Position numbers and translations under genes: made by a program
Part shown: piece by piece, positions 42,689 to 52,600 of the stretch
Layout: every line of letters begins with the position of its first letter
Position numbering within the stretch: the first letter of the stretch is position 1
Notes under the pieces: model-generated
Database searches by the model: none
The model's input: only the letters and a program-made list of their open reading frames with translations
What the model was told of the DNA's origin: nothing
Origin: Actinomycetales bacterium
Lineage (GTDB): Bacteria > Actinomycetota > Actinomycetes > Actinomycetales > CAWJMD01
DNA: 64,000 nt
Reading direction: 5' to 3'
NCBI GenBank assembly: GCA_047974565.1
Contig: JBKECN010000034.1
Coordinates: forward strand, 128,760-192,759

Positions 42689-42901
42689 GTGGCAGTAACC
42701 AGTGTCGACCTCGATCCCCGCCTCATTGAGCGTGCCCGTGAGCTCACCGGGGAGCCATCGAACCGCGCGGTGATTGACCTCGCCCTGCGTCGACTCATCG
42801 CGTCGAAGCAGAAGGGTTCGATGATTGATGGCATCGCCGGGCTCGCCGACCTGCCTGCTGAGGTGGATGCGCCCGTGGTCTCACCCAGACCTGCCTTGTG
42901 A
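42689..42901 (+). CDS. vapB: Type II antitoxin, VapB (DUF2191-like)
   Basis: VAVTSVDLDPRLIERARELTGEPSNRAVIDLALRRLI. GTG 42689 follows GGAGGG. The ORF track starts at 42647. GTGA overlap with vapC. Confidence 0.75.
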   Translation: MAVTSVDLDPRLIERARELTGEPSNRAVIDLALRRLIASKQKGSMIDGIAGLADLPAEVDAPVVSPRPAL

Positions 42902-43323
42902 CCGACTACCTCGTCGACAACTCGGTCTGGGCGAGGTTGGCCGCCGGCGATGAGCGCATATCCGCACGGCTGCGGCGGATCGAACGCGCCCCAGCGGACC
43001 TCTTCGTGACATGCCCTCCGCAGGTGCTCGAGTTCTGTCACAGTGCCCGGACGCCCCAGGAGCACGCGGATTACCGCGAGCTGATCTCGCTGGGCTTCCC
43101 GCTCGAGCGCGCACCTGAGGAAATGCTCGTCCTCGATATCCAGGCCGCGCTGTGGAACTCGGGGCTCATGCGATCGGCGGGGACGGTCGACATCCTGATT
43201 GCGGCGTACGCGATAGTCAACGACGCGACGGTGCTCACCGCCGATCACGACTTCGACCACATCGCCCGGGTGAGCGACCTGAGCCACGAGTACGTCGCGC
43301 CAGCGCAGACACGGGGACGGTGA
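42898..43323 (+). CDS. vapC: Type II toxin VapC (PIN domain)
   Basis: YLVDNSVW, DILIAAYA, VLTADHDFDHI are the acidic PIN residues in their usual spacing. Confidence 0.85.
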   Translation: MTDYLVDNSVWARLAAGDERISARLRRIERAPADLFVTCPPQVLEFCHSARTPQEHADYRELISLGFPLERAPEEMLVLDIQAALWNSGLMRSAGTVDILIAAYAIVNDATVLTADHDFDHIARVSDLSHEYVAPAQTRGR

Positions 43324-43693
43324 GCCAGCTGGAGCCGAGGCTCCACGACCGGCGGCCAAGGTCAGACTGACTCCCGCCACAACGGCCTACATGGCTGCGA
43401 GCCCCAGCACCCGACCGAAATAGGGTTCAGGGGCAGAGTCCAGAACGCCTCCACCTGGCCGTCGCTCGTGTCGACCACGTAGTCAGTAATCCGCTTGGCC
43501 ATCGGCCGGTCCTTGCGGGGCGGGGGCGCGCAGCGACTTGGCGGCTTCTGGATGCAGCCCAATGGTCCAAGCCAAGTTCGGCCACCACCTCGGCCAGGGG
43601 TCTGGGTGGGCACCGCTCCGGAGCCGATCTCACCGACTCGCACAAATAGAACGAGCGCGAACGGTGTGTCCGCCTGGCCAGAGCATCGAGCCT

Positions 43694-43765
43694 CCCGCAG
43701 CAACGGCATGCCAACCTCGTCACATGTGCCGACTTTGGCATGCCGAAACCCGAGGGTTCCCGACG
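43694..43765 (+). repeat. Dispersed ~65-nt palindromic element, copy 3
   Basis: CAACGGCATGCCAACCTCGTCACATGTGCCGACTTTGGCATGCCGAAACCCG, with a perfect 11-bp stem CGGCATGCCAA/TTGGCATGCCG. Confidence 0.85.
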
Positions 43766-43776
43766 AACCAGGGTGG

Positions 43777-46215
43777 TCAGTGTCGGCACCGGGTGGCCAA
43801 CTGGACTGCTGGGCCTGGGTCCTGGTCCAGGACCATCGCATCCCCGCACTCGTCGGTGCGTAGCACCCGGGTGCTCGTGCGACCGACCAGACGCAACGCG
43901 GACGGGGCCGGGTGACCGTAACTGTTCCCGGCCCCCACCCCGATGAGAGCGACCGGCGCCGCCAACCGTTCATACAATGCCGGGAACTGCACCGCAGAGC
44001 CGTGGTGCGCGACCAGCACCACGTCCACCGGAGCCAGCTGCGGGTGCGCAGCCAGCGTTCGCTCCAGCGACTGCTGAGCCTGATCTTCGATATCTCCCAG
44101 TGCGGCCACGGTGACCCCGTCCACCCACAGCCAGGTCACCACACTCGCGTTGTTCGGGCCGCTGCCGGAATCCGACCCATGCGTCAGCGACTCCAGCGGC
44201 GCCAGCACCTGGTATCGGACCTGCCCCACCTGCCCGGTCTCGAAGGGCACCGCCTGGTGCGCCGGAACTCCCACGCCCGCAAGCTCGGTCAACGCCTGGT
44301 CGGCCTGCTCGGGCGGCTCCCGCAGCCCGGTGACCAGTACCTCGCGGACGGTTCGCCCGGACACCACCCCGGGCAGCCCATCGACATGATCGGCATGGAA
44401 ATGCGTCAGCACCAGCACCCCGATCTCGACCACGCCCAACCGGGACAGGCACTGGTCGATCGCCACCGGATCCGGGCCGGTGTCGATCACCACCGCCGAA
44501 CCCTGCCCGGCCCACACCACCACCGCACTGCCCTGGCCCACATCACAGGCCACCACCCGCCACCCCGTCGTCGGCCAGCCACTCCACCCACCCGGAAGCC
44601 ACACCTGCACAACGACAATCACCAGCACCGCGGCCACACCGGCGACCAGGCGACGCACCCGCCCACCCCGCACACCGGAGCGCGGCGTCCTGACCGCTCG
44701 TGCGCCCGGCCCGACCTCACCCCGGTCTTCGCGGCTGTTATCCCACCGACGCACTGCTGCCCACGCCCCCAACCCAGCACCCAGCGAGATGACCGCCAGC
44801 AAACCCGCACCCGCCACCCCGGACGGCCACGGCACGCTCGCCCCGGGGAGCCCGGCCAGGAATCCGGCGACCCCGCCGACCCACCGCAACGGCCACCCGG
44901 CCACCCACACCAGCACCTGCGCGACCGGAACCGAGACCACCGAGACGGCCGCAGCCGCCACCCCCAGCACCGTCACCGGCGCCACCGCGGGCTCCACCAG
45001 CAGATTCGCCACCACCGAATACACCGGGATCCGCGGGTCCAGCACCACCAGCAACGGACCCACCGCCAGCTGAGCCGCCACCGGCACCGCCAGCGCCAAC
45101 GCCACCCACCGCGGCAGCACCCGGGCGAGCACGTCGGCCAACGGCGGACCCAGGATCAACAGCCCCGCCGTCGCCGCCACCGACAACCCGAATCCGGCAG
45201 CCCTGGACAACCACGGATCCGCCACCACCAAGAGCCCCACCGCCACGCACAAGGGCGGCAGCCCCGCGCCCGGACGCGCCACCAGCAACGCCACCAGACC
45301 CACCACACCCATCACTCCCGCCCGCAACACACTCGGTTCCGGACCGACCAACACCACGAACCCCACCAACGCCACCGCCGCCCCGACGAACCGCACCCAC
45401 CGGCGTACCCCCAGCACGCTCAACACTCCCAGCACAGCCCCCACCACGATCGTGATGTTCGTGCCGCTGACGGCCGTCAGGTGAGTGAGCCCGGTGGTGC
45501 GCATGTCGGCCTCCAGGTCCGCGGGCAGTGCGGAGGTGTCGCCCACGACGAGACCGGGTAGCAGACCTGCGGGTCCCTCGGGCAGCACCGAGCACGCCAG
45601 TCGAAGCCGTTCGCGGACCAGCTGAGCGGCCGAGGCCACCGGACCAGCCGCAGCGATCACCACCGGGTCCCCGAGCGGCCGGACGATCGCGGCCACGTCG
45701 TCACCCGGGTCGGCCGCGCTCAACCGGGCGCGGACCTGGATGCGCTCCCCGACCACCAGCCCAGCCCACTGTGGGCCACCTACGACGAGCGCCGGCGTAT
45801 GCGCAGTGCCGGCCACCCCGCGAGAGGCCATCTTCTCGATGCGCACCTTGACCACCCAGCGCTCCTGCCCGAACGCCCGCTGCGTGCGCACCGGACGCGG
45901 CGGGGCCCGCACCGTCGCCTCCACCACTCCGGTGGCTCCGTCGTCGATCAGCGCCCCGATCGGGCCCGCCTGACGAGAGCTCACGGCCGCACCGGCCGCC
46001 ACCCCAGCGGCTCCCAGCCCGGCCAGCAACAACGCCACGGCGACCGAAACCACCGCCCCTTGCCGAACCCGACTCGCCACCCACAGCACCACAACAGCTC
46101 CCGCCAGAGCGGCCAGACCGACCCCCACAGCCAAGGCCGGGCGCACCCCGACTCCCACGCCGGCACCGGCCCACAGCCCACCGGCCAACGGGACGAGCCG
46201 CAGGTCGGCCTTCAC
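43777..46215 (-). CDS. comEC: ComEC/Rec2 DNA internalisation protein (with MBL domain)
   Basis: Polytopic N-terminal region, competence block GLTHLTAVSGTNITIV and metallo-beta-lactamase motif VLTHFHADHVDGL. Confidence 0.92.
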   Translation of the reverse strand: MKADLRLVPLAGGLWAGAGVGVGVRPALAVGVGLAALAGAVVVLWVASRVRQGAVVSVAVALLLAGLGAAGVAAGAAVSSRQAGPIGALIDDGATGVVEATVRAPPRPVRTQRAFGQERWVVKVRIEKMASRGVAGTAHTPALVVGGPQWAGLVVGERIQVRARLSAADPGDDVAAIVRPLGDPVVIAAAGPVASAAQLVRERLRLACSVLPEGPAGLLPGLVVGDTSALPADLEADMRTTGLTHLTAVSGTNITIVVGAVLGVLSVLGVRRWVRFVGAAVALVGFVVLVGPEPSVLRAGVMGVVGLVALLVARPGAGLPPLCVAVGLLVVADPWLSRAAGFGLSVAATAGLLILGPPLADVLARVLPRWVALALAVPVAAQLAVGPLLVVLDPRIPVYSVVANLLVEPAVAPVTVLGVAAAAVSVVSVPVAQVLVWVAGWPLRWVGGVAGFLAGLPGASVPWPSGVAGAGLLAVISLGAGLGAWAAVRRWDNSREDRGEVGPGARAVRTPRSGVRGGRVRRLVAGVAAVLVIVVVQVWLPGGWSGWPTTGWRVVACDVGQGSAVVVWAGQGSAVVIDTGPDPVAIDQCLSRLGVVEIGVLVLTHFHADHVDGLPGVVSGRTVREVLVTGLREPPEQADQALTELAGVGVPAHQAVPFETGQVGQVRYQVLAPLESLTHGSDSGSGPNNASVVTWLWVDGVTVAALGDIEDQAQQSLERTLAAHPQLAPVDVVLVAHHGSAVQFPALYERLAAPVALIGVGAGNSYGHPAPSALRLVGRTSTRVLRTDECGDAMVLDQDPGPAVQLATRCRH

Positions 46216-47240
46216 ACGCTCACCCGGTCCCGCAGCTGCTCCAACAGCCGGTCACCGATCCCGGAGACGTCCCGAAGCTCATCCACACTCGCGAAAGGAC
46301 CGTTCTGAGTGCGCCACTCGACGATCCGCCCCGCAAGCACCGGCCCGATCCCAGGGAGTTCGTCGAGTTCTGCGGCCGAGGCGGTATTGACGTTCACCAC
46401 GCCCGACTCCGCTGGTGCGCCGGCCCCGGACGAGCCGGCACCCGAACCCGGCCCAACCGCCCCGACCCCAGCTCCCGCGGCGGGAGCAACCGGCACGACC
46501 TGCCCGGGCGTGGGCACCATCACCTGCTCGCCGTCGACCACCTGGCGCGCCAGGTTGATGGCAGCCAGGTCTGCCTCCGGCAGCGCACCACCGGCCGCCG
46601 CGACCGCGTCGGTGACCCGGGCACCCGCACTCACCTGCACCACCCCGGGGTTCTGAACCGCCCCCACCACGTGCACGGTCACCACCACCGGGCTGGGCGG
46701 GGCAGCCGCGGAGGACGGGGACGGCGCATCCTGCGTCGCCTCCGGGGGAACGGTCGGCGAGGCGGGAGACCCCGCCGGGGCACTGGGACTGCCCCGAACC
46801 GTCGTAGCCGTACCCTCGACCGGCTCACCACGAGCGAACTGCGAGCGCAGCACCCAACCACCGGCCACCAGCACCACGAGCAACATGGCCAGCACACCGA
46901 CACGCCAACTACGGGCCGGGCGACCCGGCTCCGACACCCCGCCCAGATGCTCGACCGGCGGCTGCGGAATCCACCCCGCCTCGTCGTCGTCCTCGTCCAG
47001 GTCCGCACACAGCCCACCCGAGACATCGGCCCGCACAGCCCCCGACGCGCTCACCGGCCGAGACACATGCCGACCATCGGAGGGTCCACCGGCCAGGCCG
47101 AGGGCACGCAACCGGTCCAGGAGTTGGGCTCTGCTCACCGCGGCAGCCTCACCGGAAGCGGCAACCGACCGCCAGAACCCGTGAGGCCTGTGGACATCCG
47201 ACCGACCTCGCGGAGCCTGTGGACAAGCAAACAGAGTCAA
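46212..47240 (-). CDS. comEA: ComEA family DNA-binding protein
   Basis: C-terminal helix-hairpin-helix VNVNTASAAELDELPGIGPVLAGRIVEWRTQNGPFASVDELRDVSGIG, one TM segment and an SLBB-like block. The start is uncertain. Confidence 0.85.
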   Translation of the reverse strand: MTLFACPQAPRGRSDVHRPHGFWRSVAASGEAAAVSRAQLLDRLRALGLAGGPSDGRHVSRPVSASGAVRADVSGGLCADLDEDDDEAGWIPQPPVEHLGGVSEPGRPARSWRVGVLAMLLVVLVAGGWVLRSQFARGEPVEGTATTVRGSPSAPAGSPASPTVPPEATQDAPSPSSAAAPPSPVVVTVHVVGAVQNPGVVQVSAGARVTDAVAAAGGALPEADLAAINLARQVVDGEQVMVPTPGQVVPVAPAAGAGVGAVGPGSGAGSSGAGAPAESGVVNVNTASAAELDELPGIGPVLAGRIVEWRTQNGPFASVDELRDVSGIGDRLLEQLRDRVSV

Positions 47241-47291
47241 GCAACAGAGCAGGCCCCCGCAGGTCTGTATCGCCGGTCGAGGTCACACCCG

Positions 47292-48188
47292 ATGCCACCG
47301 TGCTTGACTCAGGGCATGCCGTCCGACCCGATCGGCCCGCGCCGAGCGGCCGACCGCACCCACGCCTCACCCACCCACACCTCACCCACACGCGCCTCCG
47401 GCACACCAGGGCCCGCGCCCCGGCCAGGCCCGCCGGCGCACCCCGCCTCGACGAGACACCACGCAACGACCACCCAACCTGGGCAAGACAGCCCAAACAG
47501 ACCAGCGGATCAGGACTTCGCACTGCTGCAGTCACTGTCGCCGCAGGCCCGCGCCAGCCTGCTGCAGCGAGCCCGGCGCCGAACCTTCGCCCGCCGTGAC
47601 GTGGTGGTGCAGGAGGGCGACCCGGCGGACAGCCTGCACTTGGTCAGTTCGGGCCGGCTGGCGGTGCGGGCTTCCACCGCGGACGGCGAGTCCGCGCTGC
47701 TGACGATCCTGGTACCGGGCGACTACTTCGGCGAACTGGCCCTGATGCCCGGACGCTCCGGACGCCGTACCGCCACCGTGCTGGCGCTCGAACCAGCCGA
47801 GACGCTGAGTATCGACTCGGGCACCTTCCGGGACCTGCGGGCCAGCCACCCCGACGTGCAGGAAGTGGTCGCCGAAGCGCTCGCCCGGCGGGTGGAGGAC
47901 CTGTCCGCCCGGCTGCTGGAGGCCCTCTACATGAGCCTGGACGTGCGCGTGTGCCGGCGCCTGGACCACCTGGCCACCATCTACGCCGACCGTGATGCCG
48001 GGCACCGGCAGGGTCCGGCGGGGGTGGTCATCCCCCTCACCCAGGAGGCACTCGCCGAGTTCGTCGGAGGCACCCGCCCCTCGGTCAACATCGTGCTGCG
48101 CCGCTTGCAGCATGAGGGAGTGATCGAGGTGTCCCGGGGCCGGGTGACGATCCGCGACCGTCGGGCCCTGTCTGCGCTGCTGGGCTGA
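47292..48188 (+). CDS. Crp/Fnr family transcriptional regulator (cNMP-binding + HTH)
   Basis: cNMP-binding block VVQEGDPADSLHLVSSGRLAV...GDYFGELALM...RTATVLA. HTH block TQEALAEFVGGTRPSVNIVLRRLQHEG. No start codon lies close to the domain, so ATG 47292 or 47316 gives a Pro-rich leader. The start is low confidence. Confidence 0.8.
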   Translation: MPPCLTQGMPSDPIGPRRAADRTHASPTHTSPTRASGTPGPAPRPGPPAHPASTRHHATTTQPGQDSPNRPADQDFALLQSLSPQARASLLQRARRRTFARRDVVVQEGDPADSLHLVSSGRLAVRASTADGESALLTILVPGDYFGELALMPGRSGRRTATVLALEPAETLSIDSGTFRDLRASHPDVQEVVAEALARRVEDLSARLLEALYMSLDVRVCRRLDHLATIYADRDAGHRQGPAGVVIPLTQEALAEFVGGTRPSVNIVLRRLQHEGVIEVSRGRVTIRDRRALSALLG

Positions 48189-48226
48189 TCCACGCTGCTG
48201 GGCTGATCCACGCTGCTGGCCTGACC
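48175..48226 (+). repeat. 18-bp tandem repeat x2.9 containing the crp-like stop codon
   Basis: CGCTGCTGGGCTGATCCA x2 plus CGCTGCTGGCCTGACC. TGA at 48186, 48204 and 48222, all in the same frame. Confidence 0.92.
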
Positions 48227-48419
48227 GAGTCGTCGGCGCCGACGACATACATCAACCGGCCAGCGTCACTCCAGGCCACTCGACGACCCCGCAACCCCCT
48301 ACCGCACCGGCGCGGCGACCCCGTCGGGCGGATCACGCAATCCTGGCGATCAGCCCGGCCCGATGCTAGGTTTAACAGTCCCGCTCACGTGTGGTGGCTC
48401 CTCCAGGAGGCGGTTGTAG

Positions 48420-49607
48420 ATGCGTCCGTTCCCCCGCCGAATCCTCTGGCACAGTAGCCTTCTCGCCGCCCTGCTGCTCGTCGTCGGCGCAACCTCCGCG
48501 CAGGCGCACCGCCCCGACGACGACCCGTCCCGGACCGGGTACACCCACGTCGAGCCGTGGACCCCGGGTGTGGTTCCCGACCTGCCGCCCGCGATCACGG
48601 TCTTCGCCAGTTGCGTCCGCCAGGTCGATCGCGGAACAACCGAAGCGGTCTTCGGGTATGAGAGCACCGCTGCCAAGTCGATCCTGCTGGAACTGGGTGA
48701 GCTGAATGCCGTGCAGGTCCTCGGCCCCCGCCGCCATCACTCCGCTACCGACGCCACCCTGGGCGAGGCTGACGACTCCCAGGCCACCACCAGCGATCCC
48801 GCGAGTGGGGACACCTCCGCGACCGGCGCGGCGGCGACCGTCCAGGGCGAGTCGACCGACCGGGCCAGGCATTGGCGGGGCCGGTGGACCCCGGTGGAGG
48901 CGGTCCAATCGCAGCCCACCCTGATCCTGCCGCAGCGGCGCGAAGCGTACGTCTTCGCGGTGCGGTATCCGACCGGGATGGGCGCGTCGTGGGAGATCGC
49001 CAGCCGGCCGCAGCAGGCACTCGACTCCAGCCCCGATTGGCGAGTGACTGCCACCACCAGCCGAGCCCCCCGGTGCGGCCCACAGGTGCCCGAGCACTTC
49101 TCGGTGGTGCAGGTGCCGGACCACTACAGCATCACCAAGGCAAACGAGGTCTGGAGCATCGGCACCCCTATCGCGCACCTGGCCGGCTACGACGTCCGCA
49201 TGGGACCTTTCGGGCCCGCCCTCGAGCAGATCGCCTGCAGCCCGGGAGGCGTGCCCACCCCCAGCACCGTGTGGTTCGCGTGGCCGACGTCTGGGGCCAA
49301 CCTGCAGCCCCTGGACGATCCGGACGCCCCCCACGTCGTGATCGGCGGTCTGCCCTATCTGATGAGCACTGGGGACACCGCCCGAGTCGCGGACGTGAGC
49401 CAGCCGCTGCGACTGTTCGGGCCGAACGTCGACGTCTTCGGTCACTGCGCCTTCGACGACGGCACCACCGCCACCAGCCTGCCCTTCTGGGCAGACCAGC
49501 CGACCCGGTGGGACTTCCAGCCGGTCTTCGAGGACCCCACCGATCCCACTGCCGTCACCGGAGTCGTGACGATGTCGGCCTCTCCCGGTGGGGTCAGAAT
49601 TCGCTGA
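48420..49607 (+). CDS. Secreted Cys-containing protein, unknown family (paralog B)
   Basis: Signal peptide MRPFPRRILWHSSLLAALLLVVGATSAQA. Shares TVFASCVR, EAVFGYES, VQSQPTLILP, DWRVTATT, APRCG, EHFSVVQ, IACSPGGVP, TATSLPFW and SPGGVRIR-stop with paralog A. Its stop abuts the next ORF. Confidence 0.8.
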   Translation: MRPFPRRILWHSSLLAALLLVVGATSAQAHRPDDDPSRTGYTHVEPWTPGVVPDLPPAITVFASCVRQVDRGTTEAVFGYESTAAKSILLELGELNAVQVLGPRRHHSATDATLGEADDSQATTSDPASGDTSATGAAATVQGESTDRARHWRGRWTPVEAVQSQPTLILPQRREAYVFAVRYPTGMGASWEIASRPQQALDSSPDWRVTATTSRAPRCGPQVPEHFSVVQVPDHYSITKANEVWSIGTPIAHLAGYDVRMGPFGPALEQIACSPGGVPTPSTVWFAWPTSGANLQPLDDPDAPHVVIGGLPYLMSTGDTARVADVSQPLRLFGPNVDVFGHCAFDDGTTATSLPFWADQPTRWDFQPVFEDPTDPTAVTGVVTMSASPGGVRIR

Positions 49608-52600
49608 GTGACGATGCCCGTGCGCGAGGCTGCCATGCAGCACGGCCGCGCTGAGCCAGACGTCGTGCGGGTCGAGGGTTCTTTCCTGGCCGCCGACGTC
49701 AATGGCTTCACGCCGCTCACCGAACGGCTGGCCCGCGCCGGCCGGATCGGGGCGGAGGCTGTTGCCGGGGTGATGGCCGAGTGCTTCACGGCGCTGCTCG
49801 AGCCGCTCGGCCCGCTCGACGGCTCGGTCATGTTCTTCGGCGGGGACGCGCTCTTCGTCGTCTTCGACGGACCGGACCACCAGATACGGGCCGTGCAGGC
49901 CGCGCTCGCCATGCGTCAGGTGCTTCATCGGCTCGGACGGATCGAGACTCCGCTGGGCTCGGTGCGCCTGAGCATGGCGATGGGGATCGCCACTGGCAGG
50001 GCGCAACAGGTGACGGTCGACCACGCCGACGCGGTGTACCTGCTCGGGCCCGTGATCAGCAGGACCCTTCAATTGCAGAAGGAGGCCGGGGCGGCGCAGA
50101 TCCGGATGGACGCCGGCACCCGCGCCGGTCAGCCGGACGGTCTCGTCCAGGCCGTGGACGCACGGACCTGGCGAGTGGCCCGGGACGCGCGTCCAGACCG
50201 CGGCGACGAACTGCCTGGCGCGCGCGAGGGCGCGAGCCGTCCGGACGAGCCAAAGTCGCTACCCGGCGTCGAGCGAGAACTGCCGAGCGGCCTGCAACTG
50301 ATGGCCGGGGCCGCCATCCCCGAACACCGCATCGTCTCAGTGGCTTTCGTCAACGTGCGGGGCCTGGACGAACTCACCGAGACGGCACGCCAGCGCCAGC
50401 TGGTCGAGATCACCCGGCTGGTGCGGGCCGCGGCCGAGGAGTTCGGGGTGCGCTGGGTGGAGACCGATGTCGCGGTAGATGGCGCGATCATCGTGCTGGC
50501 GGCAGGGGTGGGCACCCGGCATGACGACGACGAGCGGCGCCTGGCCGCCGCCGCCAGCCGGATCCTCACCGAGTGTGCACAATCCGGCTTCGGCGATGGG
50601 TCACAGGCCGGCGTCGCCATCGGCATGCACCGCGGAACGGCCTTCGTCGGCTCCGTCGGCCCCCAGTCACGGGGTTCGTGGGGTTCTCCCCCTCGATCGT
50701 CAACCACACCGGGCTCGGCAGCCGTCCCGAGCGGCGAAGCACGAGCCTCGGTCACCGGACTCACCACGGTGACCGCCGCCCGCCTCGCCGGCGCCGCCGC
50801 CACCGGAACCGCCCTGGCCAGTGACGAACTCACCTCCCGGCTGGCGGGACGGTACCTGCTCAAGGATCCCAGGCAGCTGGCCTTGAAGGGCCGCCGCGCC
50901 CCTGTCACCGCCGCCGTCCTGGGACCCCGCCGCGAGCAGGCCCGGTGGGCGGGCACGTCCGGACTGGTCGGCAGGTCCTCAGAGCTCGACCTGCTCACCC
51001 GAAGCTGGGACGAGCATCGAAGCGGTCGTGGCTCGGTCGTGGAGATCGTCGGACCGGCCGGGATGGGCAAGTCGGCACTGCTGGGTGCCTTCCTCGCCCG
51101 GTGCGGCGAACCGGAGATCGCCATCAGCGCCGACATCGCCGACTCGGTGGTGCCGTTCGGCGCCCTCTCCGCTCCGCTGCGAGCATGCCTGCCTGCCGAC
51201 CTGGCCGCCGTCGTCGCCGGTCTCGGCCCGCGAGGTGTCTTCCTGGCCCCGGTGCTGGGTCAGGACCTGCCACGCACCCCGGCGGTGGACGAGGTGGACA
51301 TCGACTCGGTCGCTCAGATACGCGCAACCCTGCTGGCGCTGCTACTGCAAGAGCGTCCCGGGCTGCTCGTCATCGACGACGCCCACTGGCTCGACCCCAG
51401 CAGCCTCGACCTGTTCGCCCGGGTGGGCCGACCCTTGGCCGACTCCGGATGGCTCATCGTGTTGACCCGTCGACCCGCCGCCGCACCCGTGGTGCCGGGT
51501 GCCCGGCTTCTCGACCTGGAACCCCTCGGCGACGCCGAGGTGGCCCGGCTGGTGGGCGCCGACCAGGGTCGTCCGCTCAGTGACGCCCGGCTCGACGCGG
51601 TGGTGGCCAAGGCGAGTGGAAACCCGCTCTATGCGCGCCAACTCGCCGCAGCGGTGGTCGACTCTTCCGGAGTGGGCCTGCCGGAATTGGCGGAGCAGGT
51701 GATCGGCGCGCGGATCGACCGCCTGGAGGCCGGAGTCCGACACCGGTTACGGGCGGCGAGCGTGCTGGGCGACCCGGTGGACCTCGAGCTGCTGGCCGAG
51801 CTCGTGCCCGATGCCGACCACGGCTGGGAGGCGGCCTCGGAGTTTGTCGTCGTGGACGAGGCTCGACTGCGGTTCAGGCACGACCAGATCAGGCTGGCGG
51901 CCTACGCCGGGCTGCGTTTCAGTGAGCGGGTGCGGCTGCACCGGGCCGTCGCCCTGGCCTTCGAGCGGCGCGCCGACGCCAACCCGGCCCGGCTCGCCGA
52001 CCACTGGCAGGCGGCCCGCGACCCGGCCCAGGTGCTGCGCTGGGCGGGCAAGGCGGCCCAGGACGCCCATACCCGGGCGGCGTACTTCGACGAAGCGCGG
52101 CTGCGGGCATTGATCGTGGAGAATGCCCGGGCTGCAGGGGTTTCCACCCGGGACCGGGCCGCGCTGTACGCGGAGCTGGCTCGATGTCACGAGACCAATG
52201 CGGAGTTCGAGCAGGCCGAGCGGGCGCTGGGGTCGGCGATGCGCTGGGCCGCCCAGGATCAGCGTCTGGACTTGCGGCACCGCCTGGCGCGGGTCGCCTT
52301 TCGTGGCGATCACCTCACCCTCGCGGTGCGACGAGCCTCGATGGCGCTGCGGTCGGCGCCGCCGGACACCCCGGTGCAGGCGGAACTGCTGGTGCTGCGG
52401 TCGGCGGTGCATGCGATGGCGGGCCGGCGCCGGCAGAGCGACCGGGACGCCCGGGCCGCCGATGAGGTGGCCACTCGGATCGGTCGCGATGACCTGCGGG
52501 GAACCGCGCTCAGCCAGCGGGCGCTGAACGCCGATGAGTACGCCGAGCCCGAGGCGGCCGAACTGGCCGCCGAGGCTGTTCCGCTGCTGAAGAAGGCCGG

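Noticed and set aside
43912-45595. 549-aa plus and 285-aa minus ORFs inside comEC
   Set aside because: The translations are His/Arg/Pro/Gly-rich low-complexity sequence overlapping the well-supported ComEC frame.
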